Assembly (NCBI GenBank): GCA_965199955.1
Contig: CBDATQ010000001.1
Location: 1,632,001 to 1,696,000 of the forward strand
DNA: 64,000 nt
DNA from: Spirochaetia bacterium
GTDB taxonomy: Bacteria > Spirochaetota > Spirochaetia > SZUA-6 > Bin103
Direction: 5' to 3'
The notes below the pieces were generated by a model, which saw only the letters and a list, made by a program, of their open reading frames with translations, made no database searches and was not told the DNA's origin. Within the stretch, counting starts at the first letter, position 1, and each line of letters opens with the position of its first letter. Positions 1 to 9,349 of this stretch are shown here, one piece after another. The translations under genes and the position numbers were made by a program.

Positions 1-348
1 GAGCAGTCCGGCGCAGCCGGCCTCCAGCGCCGCGGCGATGTTCAGGGCGTCGTGAAATCGGTACCGATAGCGCGACTGGATGTCCAGAGCGCGGCGGTAG
101 AGTCCCCGGCTCGGACCGACGGAGCGGAGAGGCAGGAGCACGTCGTCGAGAAAGCGCCGGGCTTGGTCCTCTGTCATCGGCGCCGGGACCTTGCGGGTCA
201 GGGCGTCGAGCGTCTCCGCTACGACCTGGTGGCTGATCGTCCAGCTCTCCTGAAGCGCCGATCGCACGATGGCCCGGGCCCTGCCCTGCCTGGCCGGGTC
301 GGTCGCGTCGAACAGGGAGACGAAGACGCTGCTGTCGACGAAGTTCAT
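1..348 (-). CDS. vapC: PIN-domain VapC-type toxin (3' end outside window)
   Basis: Not in the ORF track; translated by hand from ATG at 348: MNFVDSSVFVSLFD...ISHQVVAETL...FHDALNIAAALEAGC, with the PIN acidic motif pattern. No antitoxin gene directly upstream. Confidence 0.85.
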   Translation of the reverse strand, partial: MNFVDSSVFVSLFDATDPARQGRARAIVRSALQESWTISHQVVAETLDALTRKVPAPMTEDQARRFLDDVLLPLRSVGPSRGLYRRALDIQSRYRYRFHDALNIAAALEAGCAGLL

Positions 349-416
349 GACAGCACGATGACACGAACATCCGTTGCGCGACATTCGTGCATAGTTACGG
401 GCGCAGGCGAGGCGCG

Positions 417-1691
417 GTGGCAGACGAGAGATTGCAGCGTTCCGAGTGGGAATACGCGCGGGCGTTGCGCACGGTAGCGGAGGGGACGACCCAGTCCAGG
501 ACTCCGGCGACGCTGATCCCGGGCGTCTATCCGATCTTCGGGGCGCGCGGGCAGGGCGCGTACATCTGGGACGTGGACGGCAACCGGTACGTGGACTGGA
601 TCCTGTGCTTCGGCACCATCGTGCTCGGCCACAGCCATCCGGTGGTGAACGCCGCGGCGAACAGGGAGATCGAGGAGGGGTTCGCACTGCCGCTGACCCG
701 TCCGGTGCAGACCGAGCTGGCCGAGACGCTGGTCGGGCTCATCCCGTGCGCGGAGCAGGTCCTGTTCATGAAGGCCGGCTCGGAGGCGACCTCGGCCGCC
801 GTGCGGCTGGCACGCCTGGCGACCGGCCGCGACCGGATCGTGCGGCTGGGCTACCACGGCTGGCACGACTGGTCGTGCACGCGCGATGCCGGCATCCCGG
901 CCGTGGTGCGCGACCTCACCCTCACCTTCGAGTACAACGACCTGGACTCGCTGCGCGACGTGCTGGAGGCGCACCGGGACCAGGTCGCCTGCGTGATCAT
1001 GTGGCCGTGCGAGATCGAGACTCCGAAGCCGGGCTTCCTGGAAGGAGTCCGGGAGCTCACGCACGAGCACGGTGCGCTATTCATCCTGGACGAGATCCGC
1101 ACCGGGTTCCGCCTTGCGCTCGGCGGGGCGCAGCAGCATTTCGGCGTGGTGCCCGACCTGGCCACGTTCGGCAAGGCGCTGGCCAACGGCTTCACGCTGT
1201 CGGTGGTGGCCGGCCGCGCCGAGCACATGCGGCACGTGAGCGAGTCCTGGTTCTCGTCCACGTTCAACACCAGCTCGATGGAGCAGGCGGCGGCGCTGGC
1301 GACGATCGGCGAGCTGCGGCGCACGGACGGCATGAGCCACATCTGGCGGATCGGCCGCCGGCTCATGGAGGGCCTCGACGGCCTGGCGCAGGCCCACGGT
1401 GTGGAGGCGAAAGCCGTCAGCCTGCCGCCGACGCCGTACCTGCAGTTCACCTGCCGGGATCCCGACCTCCGCGAAGCGGTCAAGCAGATCTTCTTCACGG
1501 AGACGGTCCAGCGCGGGATCTTCTTCCACCCTCATCATCACTGGTTCGTGAGCGCCGCCCACGGTGAGGCGGAGCTGGCCGAGACGCTGGAGGCCAGCGA
1601 GCACGGCTTTCGTGCGGTCCGCCGCGCGATCGACTCCGGACGGGCGCTGTCCGCGGCGGCCGCCGGAGCGCTGGAAGGAGGGGTGCGGTGA
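417..1691 (+). CDS. Class III PLP aminotransferase (glutamate-1-semialdehyde aminomutase-like)
   Basis: WDVDGNRYVD, GSEA, GYHGWHDW, ILDEIRTGFR, DLATFGKALANG (PLP lysine). Start taken as GTG 417 (ORF track opens at 387). Confidence 0.9.
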   Translation: MADERLQRSEWEYARALRTVAEGTTQSRTPATLIPGVYPIFGARGQGAYIWDVDGNRYVDWILCFGTIVLGHSHPVVNAAANREIEEGFALPLTRPVQTELAETLVGLIPCAEQVLFMKAGSEATSAAVRLARLATGRDRIVRLGYHGWHDWSCTRDAGIPAVVRDLTLTFEYNDLDSLRDVLEAHRDQVACVIMWPCEIETPKPGFLEGVRELTHEHGALFILDEIRTGFRLALGGAQQHFGVVPDLATFGKALANGFTLSVVAGRAEHMRHVSESWFSSTFNTSSMEQAAALATIGELRRTDGMSHIWRIGRRLMEGLDGLAQAHGVEAKAVSLPPTPYLQFTCRDPDLREAVKQIFFTETVQRGIFFHPHHHWFVSAAHGEAELAETLEASEHGFRAVRRAIDSGRALSAAAAGALEGGVR

Positions 1692-2575
1692 GCGAGACCG
1701 CCCTGGCCAACCGCATTCTCGGATATCCGCCGGACGCGCGCCTGCTGATCGTCAACGCCGACGACTTCGGCATGTGCCACACCCAGAACGTGGGCACCCT
1801 CCGGGCGATGCGCGAGGGACTGGTGCGCTCCTGCTCGCTGATGGCGCCGCCGGCGTGGGCGACGCACGGCGCACAGCTTCTGCGCGAGAACCCGGACGTG
1901 CCCTTCGGCGTGCACCTCACGCTGGTCAGCGAGTTCCGCACCTACCGCTGGGGACCGCTGCTGCCGGGCGAGGAGGTAGGCTCGCTGGTGGACGAATCCG
2001 GATATTTCCATCCCGACGACCGGATCCCGGAGTTGGTCGGCAACCTCCTGCTGCACGAGGCGGAGCGGGAGTTCCGGGCGCAGATCGAGTGGGTGCTTGC
2101 GAGCGGGCTCGCGCCCGCCCACCTGGACAGCCACTACCACGTGCACGAAGAGCGCGACGACCTGTTCGACCTGTCCGTCGACTTGGCGCTGGAATACGGG
2201 CTGGCCCTGAGGACACGCGACCCGGCGCACATCCGGGCGCTGCGCGCCCGCGGCTACCCGACCAACGACCACGACATCCTGGACTCGGGACGGCACGCGC
2301 CCGCGGACAAGCCGGTCGCGTTCGCGAAGCTGCTGCGCGAGCTGCCGGAGGGGGTCAGCGAGTGGGCGTTCCACCCCGCCGTGGTGACCGCGGAGCTGGA
2401 GGCGATCATGGTCGCCCCGCGCATTCCCGGCGTCACCGCCGTGCCCGCCGACCGGCAGTCGGACTTCGACTTCATCACCTCCGCGGAGGCGGCGGCGACC
2501 GTCGCCGAGGAGGGCATCGAGCTGATCACCTACGCGGACCTGCAGTCCTTCTGGCAGCGGGGCCCGACGGGATGA
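1688..2575 (+). CDS. ChbG/YdjC-family carbohydrate deacetylase
   Basis: LIVNADDFG, GVHLTL, HLDSHYH, FHP motifs; GTGA overlap with the upstream aminotransferase. Confidence 0.9.
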   Translation: MSETALANRILGYPPDARLLIVNADDFGMCHTQNVGTLRAMREGLVRSCSLMAPPAWATHGAQLLRENPDVPFGVHLTLVSEFRTYRWGPLLPGEEVGSLVDESGYFHPDDRIPELVGNLLLHEAEREFRAQIEWVLASGLAPAHLDSHYHVHEERDDLFDLSVDLALEYGLALRTRDPAHIRALRARGYPTNDHDILDSGRHAPADKPVAFAKLLRELPEGVSEWAFHPAVVTAELEAIMVAPRIPGVTAVPADRQSDFDFITSAEAAATVAEEGIELITYADLQSFWQRGPTG

Positions 2576-2615
2576 GCATCGAGTAGCGCAGCGCCGTACG
2601 CCGGCGCGTCCGGTC

Positions 2616-5543
2616 GTGCCGCGTGGTATCTTCGCACCGGCCCGGCGACGGGCCGCTCTCGGCATGGCGACGGCGGCGGCGCGACGACTCCCGGCAGCCT
2701 TTGCGCTGCACACGGCGGCCGGCAAGCGCCGGGTGATCGGCGTCGCCCTGCTGCTGGCCATCCTGCTGCCGTTCGCGGGGCTCAACCGCCTGCCCAAGCT
2801 CGACACGGTGCGCGCCGACCTTGCGGCGGCGCTGGCGCCCACCGCCGAGTGCTTCCAGGGCTTCTGCGTCGAAGCGGATCCGGAGTCCACGTTCCTGGCG
2901 CGCTGGTGGCGGTTCTCGACCACCTACCTGCGCCTGGTGGCGATCGGCATGGCGTTCGCGTTCGCCGCGGCGGGCATAGCCGAGGCGTTCCTGGTGCCGA
3001 GGGTGGGCGACGGGCAGGTCCCGGCCGTGCGCGCCCGCGGCCGGTTGCGGCGCATCCTCACGGGGCTGGGCATGGGGCCGGTGGTGAACCTCTGCTCGGC
3101 CTGCGTGGTGCCGGTGTCCAGCGCCGCGCGCCGGGGCGGACTGGGCGTGGAGGGGGCGCTGGCGCTCGTGCACGGCTCGGCGGTCCTCAACGTGCCGTCA
3201 CTCCTGATGATCGCCGTGATCTTCACTCCGGCGATCGGCGCCAGCCGGCTGCTCCTGGGGGCCGCGGCGGCGTTCCTGCTCGGTCTGCTGGTGGCCGCCG
3301 TGGCCGGCCGCCGGGCGGCGGCTGGCGGCGCGTGCGATCTGGCGCCGCGGTCCGTGCCCGACCCCGCCGCCACCTGGGGGCAGGTGCTGGCCGACGGGCT
3401 GCCGGCCTGGTGGCGCGCCTCCGGCCGCATGCTGCTGCAGATGGGGCCGATCATGGTGGCCGCCGGCCTGGTGTCCGGCGTCGCCATCCAGGTGCTCAGC
3501 CCGGAGACGGTGGAGGCGTTCCTGGGCGACAACCTGGCCGGGGTCCTGGTCGCGGCGACGCTCGGCGTGCTGATCAACGTGCCGCTGCTGTTCGAGATCC
3601 CGCTGGTGACCGTGCTGCTGCTGCTGGGGGCCGGCAGCGCGCCCGCGGCGGCGCTGCTGTTCGCGGCCGCGGCCGGCGGGCCGGTCACCTTCTGGGGCCT
3701 GTCGCGGGCGATCCCGTGGCGCGGGATCGGCGCCTATGCCGCCGGCACCTGGGCGATCGCGGCCGCCGGCGGGCTCGCGGTCCTGGGCGTGAGCCCGCTG
3801 CTGCCGGAACGGCCGGCGCTGCGCCTGCACGCCGCCGAGCCGGCCGTGCGGGCCGCCGAGTCGGGGGTGCAGGCCCGTGCTGCAGCGGCGCTGGACCCGG
3901 CGGTTGCCGCCCGCTTCCCCCCGCTGCGCTTCACGGACGTCAGCATCGAGTCGGGCGTGTCGGGCGACACGTACCACTCGCGCTCCGCACACAGCCTGGG
4001 CGTCAACTGGGTCGACGTGGACCGCGACGGCCGCCCGGACCTGTTCGCCGTCGGCGGCGACCCGGAGTTCCCGCCGCGGCTGTTCCGCAACCTCGGGGAC
4101 GGCACGTTCGAGGCTGCGCACCACCTGCTCCCGGAGCTCCCCGCGTACGAGATGTCGGGCTCGCTCTTCACCGACTACGACAACGACGGCGATGCCGACA
4201 TCTACGTCTACACCGACCGGCAGGAGTGGTACCCGCACGGCAGCAACGTGCCGGACGGCCCGCCCAACCTGCTGCTGAAGAACCTTCTCGCCGAGCACGG
4301 CGGCCGCATCCCGGCCGGCCGGCCGCTGTTCGAGGAGGTGGCCGCGCCCGCCGGCGTAGACGACCTCGCCCCCGAGCCGTTCGGAGAGCAGCCGGCCTAT
4401 CGTACCAAGGCGGCGGCGTGGCTGGGCTACGACCGCGACGGCTGCGTCGACCTGTACGTCGGCCACTCGGTCATCAACCGGGCCGGCCTGGAGGCGCAGC
4501 GCGACCGGCTGTACCGCAACCGCTGCGACGGTACCTTCGAGCCGGTCGCCGTGCCCACGAGCGCGCTGCGGTCGGGCTTCGCGGTGCTGGCGGCCCACCT
4601 CGACGGCGACCTGTGGCCTGACGTGTACGTGGGAAACGTGAGCTACGACCTGTCGTGGCCGCACCACTGGGACCAGATCTACCGCAACCGCGGCGGCGTG
4701 CTGGTGGAGCTGCCGCCGGAGGCGATCCCGGGGGTGGGCGACGACGCGCAGGCGGCCATGGGCATCGACGTGGCGGACGTCGACCTGGACGGCCGCTGGG
4801 ACCTGTACATCTCCGACCTGCTGGACGGCACGCCGCACGAGAGCCCGCCGTTCGGGAACGTGCTCTATATGGGAGGCGAGGGGGCCCTGCTCGAAGACAA
4901 CGTCGCCGTGGCTGCCGGCGTCGCCGGCGACGACTCCTGGGGAGTCAACTTCCTCGACGCCGACCACGACGGCTGGGAGGACCTGTATGTGGCGACCATG
5001 ATGGGCGCCGGGAGCGAGCTGCTGTTCGCCAACAACCGCGACGGCACGTTCACCAACGTAGCCGCCGCCGCCGGCTACCGGACCGGCGCCAGCCGCGGCA
5101 GTGCCGTGGCCGACTACGACGGTGACGGCGACCTGGACATCGCCGTGGTCAACCACCACGTGTGCGGCAACACCCGTCCGGCCTGCTCGCTGCAGTTGCT
5201 CCGCAACGACACGCCCGCGGTCGGCGGCTGGCTGCAGCTCCGGCTGACCGGCACGCGCAGCAACCGGGACGCCATCGGCGCCGTGGTCCGGGTGCGGGCC
5301 GGCGAGCTCGCCATGATGCGCCAGGTCAAGGGCGGCTCGGGCGGCCACTCGCAGAGCACCCTGACCGTCCATTTCGGCTTGGGAGAGGCGAGAATGGCCG
5401 ACGTGGTCGAGATCGACTGGCCCTCCGGCCTGCGCACCCGCTGGCGCCGCCAGGAAGCGAACCGTCGGATCGAGGTGATCGAGGGGCAAGCCTGCCGCTC
5501 CGGCGACCTGACCGGCTGCACGGAGGTGGATACCGGCCGCTGA
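2616..5543 (+). CDS. Fusion: DUF318/ArsP-like permease + FG-GAP repeat/ASPIC-UnbV (CRTAC1-like) domain
   Basis: N-terminal ~400 aa multi-TM with NLCSACVVP; C-terminal DxDxDG repeats (DVDRDGRPDL, DYDNDGDADI, DYDGDGDLDI) and SNRDAIGAVV...HFGLG...WPSG. Exact start uncertain. Confidence 0.85.
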   Translation: MPRGIFAPARRRAALGMATAAARRLPAAFALHTAAGKRRVIGVALLLAILLPFAGLNRLPKLDTVRADLAAALAPTAECFQGFCVEADPESTFLARWWRFSTTYLRLVAIGMAFAFAAAGIAEAFLVPRVGDGQVPAVRARGRLRRILTGLGMGPVVNLCSACVVPVSSAARRGGLGVEGALALVHGSAVLNVPSLLMIAVIFTPAIGASRLLLGAAAAFLLGLLVAAVAGRRAAAGGACDLAPRSVPDPAATWGQVLADGLPAWWRASGRMLLQMGPIMVAAGLVSGVAIQVLSPETVEAFLGDNLAGVLVAATLGVLINVPLLFEIPLVTVLLLLGAGSAPAAALLFAAAAGGPVTFWGLSRAIPWRGIGAYAAGTWAIAAAGGLAVLGVSPLLPERPALRLHAAEPAVRAAESGVQARAAAALDPAVAARFPPLRFTDVSIESGVSGDTYHSRSAHSLGVNWVDVDRDGRPDLFAVGGDPEFPPRLFRNLGDGTFEAAHHLLPELPAYEMSGSLFTDYDNDGDADIYVYTDRQEWYPHGSNVPDGPPNLLLKNLLAEHGGRIPAGRPLFEEVAAPAGVDDLAPEPFGEQPAYRTKAAAWLGYDRDGCVDLYVGHSVINRAGLEAQRDRLYRNRCDGTFEPVAVPTSALRSGFAVLAAHLDGDLWPDVYVGNVSYDLSWPHHWDQIYRNRGGVLVELPPEAIPGVGDDAQAAMGIDVADVDLDGRWDLYISDLLDGTPHESPPFGNVLYMGGEGALLEDNVAVAAGVAGDDSWGVNFLDADHDGWEDLYVATMMGAGSELLFANNRDGTFTNVAAAAGYRTGASRGSAVADYDGDGDLDIAVVNHHVCGNTRPACSLQLLRNDTPAVGGWLQLRLTGTRSNRDAIGAVVRVRAGELAMMRQVKGGSGGHSQSTLTVHFGLGEARMADVVEIDWPSGLRTRWRRQEANRRIEVIEGQACRSGDLTGCTEVDTGR

Positions 5544-5549
5544 ACGCGG

Positions 5550-6131
5550 TTACTGGCGGTTGCTCGGTCGGTCCGACATCAGGGTCGCGACCTGCTCGCC
5601 CAAATCTGTAAGGCGATAGCCGGCCTCCAGGCTCAGCGTGAGGCCGAGCGCCTTGAGCTTGCGCACGTTCGCCTTGAAGGCCGGGGTCTCCCAGCCCATC
5701 CGCGGCGCCAAGTCGCCGGCGCGGGTGGCAGGATGGTCCCGGATGAGCGCCAGTACGTCAGCGGTCCAGGGCGTCGCACTACGGCGGTCGGTCGCCTGCA
5801 GGCGCGTCACCACCTCGTCGGCGCTCAGCTCGGGAAGGGGCTTGCCGGCCGGCTCGTCCGTCAGCTCGAACTCGACGCGGGTGACGTCCGCAGACTCCGG
5901 CAGCTTCAGGAATCCGGCTACCTCGGCGACGCTGTCGAATCCGGAGCGGCGGAGGTCACCGGCTTCGATGTCGCACAGGCGTAAGGGGAGCACGCCGGTC
6001 ACCCTGACGGCGCCGGACGGGCGCAGGCGGTAGACGCCGCCGACCGCCGCATGCGGGCGCTTCCAGTTGCGGAACGAAACGGTGATCCGGCCCGCCAGAA
6101 TGCCCCGGCTGCCCTGCGCGTCGAACTGCAT
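5550..6131 (-). CDS. ASCH/PUA-like domain protein with C-terminal winged helix
   Basis: GILAGRITVSFRNWKRP N-terminus; FKANVRKLKALGLTLSLEAGYRLT C-terminus. Confidence 0.6.
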   Translation of the reverse strand: MQFDAQGSRGILAGRITVSFRNWKRPHAAVGGVYRLRPSGAVRVTGVLPLRLCDIEAGDLRRSGFDSVAEVAGFLKLPESADVTRVEFELTDEPAGKPLPELSADEVVTRLQATDRRSATPWTADVLALIRDHPATRAGDLAPRMGWETPAFKANVRKLKALGLTLSLEAGYRLTDLGEQVATLMSDRPSNRQ

Positions 6132-6143
6132 CGGGTAAGTCGC

Positions 6144-7196
6144 TCAGCTACTGCGCAACTCGGCGAGCGTCTGCTCCACTCGCTCGCGAACGCCGCGGTC
6201 AGGGTCGGGGCCGGCGATCCGCATCGCCTCCCAGGCGCGCTCGAAGTGGCCGGAGCCGGCCTGCAAATCGTCGAGCGCCGACAGGATCTCGCCGAAGTAC
6301 GCCTGCGTGCGGGCGATCGGCTGCTTCGCTTCCCAATGCAGCGGGGAGCCGGCCGGCTGGTAGCGGACGTCGGCCGACAGGCGGATCGCCTCGGAACGGT
6401 TCGGCACTCCGGCGTGCAGCGTCTCGCCGGCGAAGATGACCGCGTCGCCGGGGTGGTAGTCGGAGCGCAGCCAGCCGCTCTCGGGGTCCTCCTCGCCATC
6501 GACCGGCTCGACCGTGCCGGCCACCGGGACGGCGCCGTCCCGACGCCATGCGTCTGCCTGCGTGGCGGTCGCGGGCACGCCCAGGAACTCCGTCCCCTTC
6601 CACCACGTCGCCCACAGGCCGTCGCGGTGCGACCGCCGCCGCAGCGCCAGACCGCCCGCCGACTGGTCGATGTCCATAAGCGGGAGCCAGCAGGTGAGCG
6701 TGTGTACGGGACGGAAGAAGTAGAAGTCCTGGTGCGCCGGCGTGCTGAAGGAGAAGCGCAGCGGTCCGCCGGCCCCGGCGTCGTCGGCGCGGTCGCCCGG
6801 CATGATGCGCAGGCGCGCCGCGCAGTCCTTCCAGACGAAGACCTCGCCGCCGACCAGCCGCTGCAGAAAGGCGACCAGCCCGGCCGAGTGGGCCAGCCGG
6901 CAGATGACGCCGTCCTCCGCCACTGCGGAGACGAGCGGCCCGTCCGAGGCCAGCTCGTTCTCCCGCGGCGCGCGGCCCGACCAGACCGGACGGTCCGACC
7001 CGGACGCCAAGCCGGCTTCTTCCAGATGGCGTGCCGCGAGCTCGCGCGCCTCGTCTACCAGGTCCGTATCGAGGAGCCCGCGGGCGAGCACGTATCCCTC
7101 TTCGGCGATCCGGCGCTGCAGCAGGGCCGGATCGGCATCGACAGGCGTCTCCAACAGCGGATTCACGATGGAACGTCCGGCCATCATAGCCGACAC
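6144..7196 (-). CDS. Phytanoyl-CoA dioxygenase (PhyH) family Fe(II)/2OG enzyme
   Basis: EEGYVLARGLL, PAHQD, TCWLPL, GGL, PGDAVIF...LHAG.PN...RLSADVRYQ. Start uncertain. Confidence 0.85.
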   Translation of the reverse strand: MSAMMAGRSIVNPLLETPVDADPALLQRRIAEEGYVLARGLLDTDLVDEARELAARHLEEAGLASGSDRPVWSGRAPRENELASDGPLVSAVAEDGVICRLAHSAGLVAFLQRLVGGEVFVWKDCAARLRIMPGDRADDAGAGGPLRFSFSTPAHQDFYFFRPVHTLTCWLPLMDIDQSAGGLALRRRSHRDGLWATWWKGTEFLGVPATATQADAWRRDGAVPVAGTVEPVDGEEDPESGWLRSDYHPGDAVIFAGETLHAGVPNRSEAIRLSADVRYQPAGSPLHWEAKQPIARTQAYFGEILSALDDLQAGSGHFERAWEAMRIAGPDPDRGVRERVEQTLAELRSS

Positions 7197-7334
7197 GCCG
7201 GGCCCATGGGCTTACTTCGACGCCGAAACAGTGCGGAGCCGAAGCGGCTCTCGGCGACGGCGATGGAAGCGATCGACTCACGCCGGATGATGCGATCCAC
7301 GTGTACCCGGTAAGCTGCCGCTGGTAATCCGCTT

Positions 7335-9287
7335 GTGGCGAGTCGCGACCCCGATGTCCGGGACCCGATCCTCCTGCCGACGCCGCAGTGCCTTCGGCGA
7401 GAGCACGGCGGCCACCGGCTCCGGCCCGGCAGGCTTATCCATCTGACCGGAGGGGAACGGACGGCGCTGCTGCGTATCGGCGCCGTGGTGCGCGACGCGC
7501 TCGCCGGGGCGGGCGCGAGCTGGCAGCTCACCGCGCGCGGCGGATCCGGACCGGAGATCGGCGCCACGGTCGCCATCGACCCGGCCCGCGTGAGCCGGGC
7601 GCAGGGGTACGTGCTCACCATCGGCCCGGAGCACATCGACATCGCCGGCCATGACGAGCCGGGCGCCTTCTACGGGGCGATGACGCTGCGGCAGATCGTG
7701 CGGCAGGTGCGGGACGGCGGCCTGCCGTGCCTGCGGATCGCCGACCACCCCGACATCGCCCATCGCGGCCTGATGCTGGACATCAGCCGCGACCGGGTGC
7801 CGACCATGGAGAGCCTGTGCGGCCTGGTCGACCTGCTGAGCGAATGGAAGGTCAACCAGCTCCAACTCTACACCGAGCACACCTTCGCCTACCGCAACCA
7901 CCGCGAGGTGTGGGCCGACTGGTCGCCGATGACCGGCGAGCAGGTGATGGAGCTGGACGCCTACTGCCGCGAGCGCCACGTGGAGCTGGTGCCGAACCAG
8001 AACACCTTCGGCCACCTGGCGCGCTGGATGGTCCATCCGCGCTACCGGCCGCTGTGCGAGGACGACGATCCGGCGGTCTTCTACCCGCACCGCGGCCTGT
8101 ACGGCACCCTGTGCCCGACCGATCCCGGCTCGATCGCGCTGGTGGACGAGTTGCTGGAGGAGTTGCTCCCGCACTTCACGAGCCGGCAGGTGCACGTCGG
8201 CTGTGACGAGGCGCGCATCGGCCTGGCCCGGTCGTGCCGCTTCGTCGAGGAGCGCGGCGCGGGACCGGTATACCTGGACTACCTCCGGCAGGTGCACGAG
8301 CTGGTGCGCCGGCGCGGGCTGACCACGCAGCTCTGGGGCGACGTGCTCATCAGCCACCCGGAGCTGGCCGCCGAGATGCCCACCGATGCGATCCCGGTCA
8401 TGGAGAACTACTCTGCTGACGCGCCGTTCGACACCTACGCCGAGACCTGCGTACAGGCGGGGCTGCCGTTCTACCTGTCGCCGGGGATCAACTGCTGGAG
8501 CACGATCATCGGCAACACGGCCACCGCGGTGGCCAACATCCGCCGCGCCGGCCAGAGCGCGGTGCGTCACGGCGCGGCCGGCCTGCTCAACACCCACTGG
8601 GGCGACAACGGGCACTGGCAGCACCTGCCGGTGGCATTCCCGGGCTATGCGTACGGTGCGGCCATGAACTGGGCGCCGGCGGCGAACGCGGACCTGGACC
8701 TGCCGGCCGCGCTGGATGCGCACGCGTTCCGCGACGCGGCCGGGGTGATGGGCCGGCTGGTCTGCGAGCTCGGCGACGTGTCGCGCTGCCATGACGCCCT
8801 GGCCGGCTCGCACGGGCCGCTGACGGCCTGGATCCTCATCGGCCTGCCCGGCATTCTGGAGCAGCTCGCGGCGGTGACCGAAGAGGCGCTGGGCATGGCC
8901 GGGGAGCGCCTGGAACAGGTGATGGCGCCTCTGGCCGCGGCGCGCATGGACCGGCCGGACGCGGAGACGGTCGCCGCCGAGCTGCGCAACGGCGCCGGCC
9001 TGTACCGCCATGCGCTGGACCTGTGGGCGGCGCGTATCCGGACGCACGGTACGGCCGTGGCGAAGCGTGAGCTCTCGAGCGATGCGGAAGTGTGGCCGCG
9101 CCGCACCATCGACGCCGAGTACGCCGCGCTGCCGGCACCCGCGCGCGCGGCGCTGGAAGCGGAGCTCGCCCCCCTGGTGGACGACTTCCGGCGGCTGTGG
9201 CTCACGCGCGACCGGCCCGGCGGCCTGCACGACAGCACCGGCCGCTTCGAGCGGTTGCTCGCCGCCTACCGCGGGGACGATCCGTAA
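7335..9287 (+). CDS. GH20-family beta-N-acetylhexosaminidase-like protein
   Basis: HRGLMLDISRDRVPT, NQLQLYTEH, NQNTFGH, HVGCDE (catalytic DE pair), WGDNGH. Confidence 0.88.
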   Translation: MASRDPDVRDPILLPTPQCLRREHGGHRLRPGRLIHLTGGERTALLRIGAVVRDALAGAGASWQLTARGGSGPEIGATVAIDPARVSRAQGYVLTIGPEHIDIAGHDEPGAFYGAMTLRQIVRQVRDGGLPCLRIADHPDIAHRGLMLDISRDRVPTMESLCGLVDLLSEWKVNQLQLYTEHTFAYRNHREVWADWSPMTGEQVMELDAYCRERHVELVPNQNTFGHLARWMVHPRYRPLCEDDDPAVFYPHRGLYGTLCPTDPGSIALVDELLEELLPHFTSRQVHVGCDEARIGLARSCRFVEERGAGPVYLDYLRQVHELVRRRGLTTQLWGDVLISHPELAAEMPTDAIPVMENYSADAPFDTYAETCVQAGLPFYLSPGINCWSTIIGNTATAVANIRRAGQSAVRHGAAGLLNTHWGDNGHWQHLPVAFPGYAYGAAMNWAPAANADLDLPAALDAHAFRDAAGVMGRLVCELGDVSRCHDALAGSHGPLTAWILIGLPGILEQLAAVTEEALGMAGERLEQVMAPLAAARMDRPDAETVAAELRNGAGLYRHALDLWAARIRTHGTAVAKRELSSDAEVWPRRTIDAEYAALPAPARAALEAELAPLVDDFRRLWLTRDRPGGLHDSTGRFERLLAAYRGDDP

Positions 9288-9349
9288 CCGGTAACGATTC
9301 GACCGCCTTGGACACGGACTTGATATTCGGGTTCTGATTGGCACTCGTC

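Noticed and set aside
417..1691. Calling the two aminotransferases hemL
   Set aside because: They have GYHGWHDW rather than the HemL-type YHGH.D motif and no tetrapyrrole context; gene symbol withheld.
3198..5489. Long antisense or alternate-frame ORFs (also 7278..9344, 52563..54638, 57419..59089 and others)
   Set aside because: Shadow ORFs of well-supported genes, rich in R/G/A/P/V, with no recognisable motifs.
3900..5543. Enediyne biosynthetic cluster suggested by the UnbV domain
   Set aside because: No PKSE, thioesterase or other enediyne cassette genes in the window.
7206..7313. Possible PIN-toxin scrap (AEPKRLSATAMEAIDS/PDDAIHV)
   Set aside because: Too short and degenerate to support without a search.
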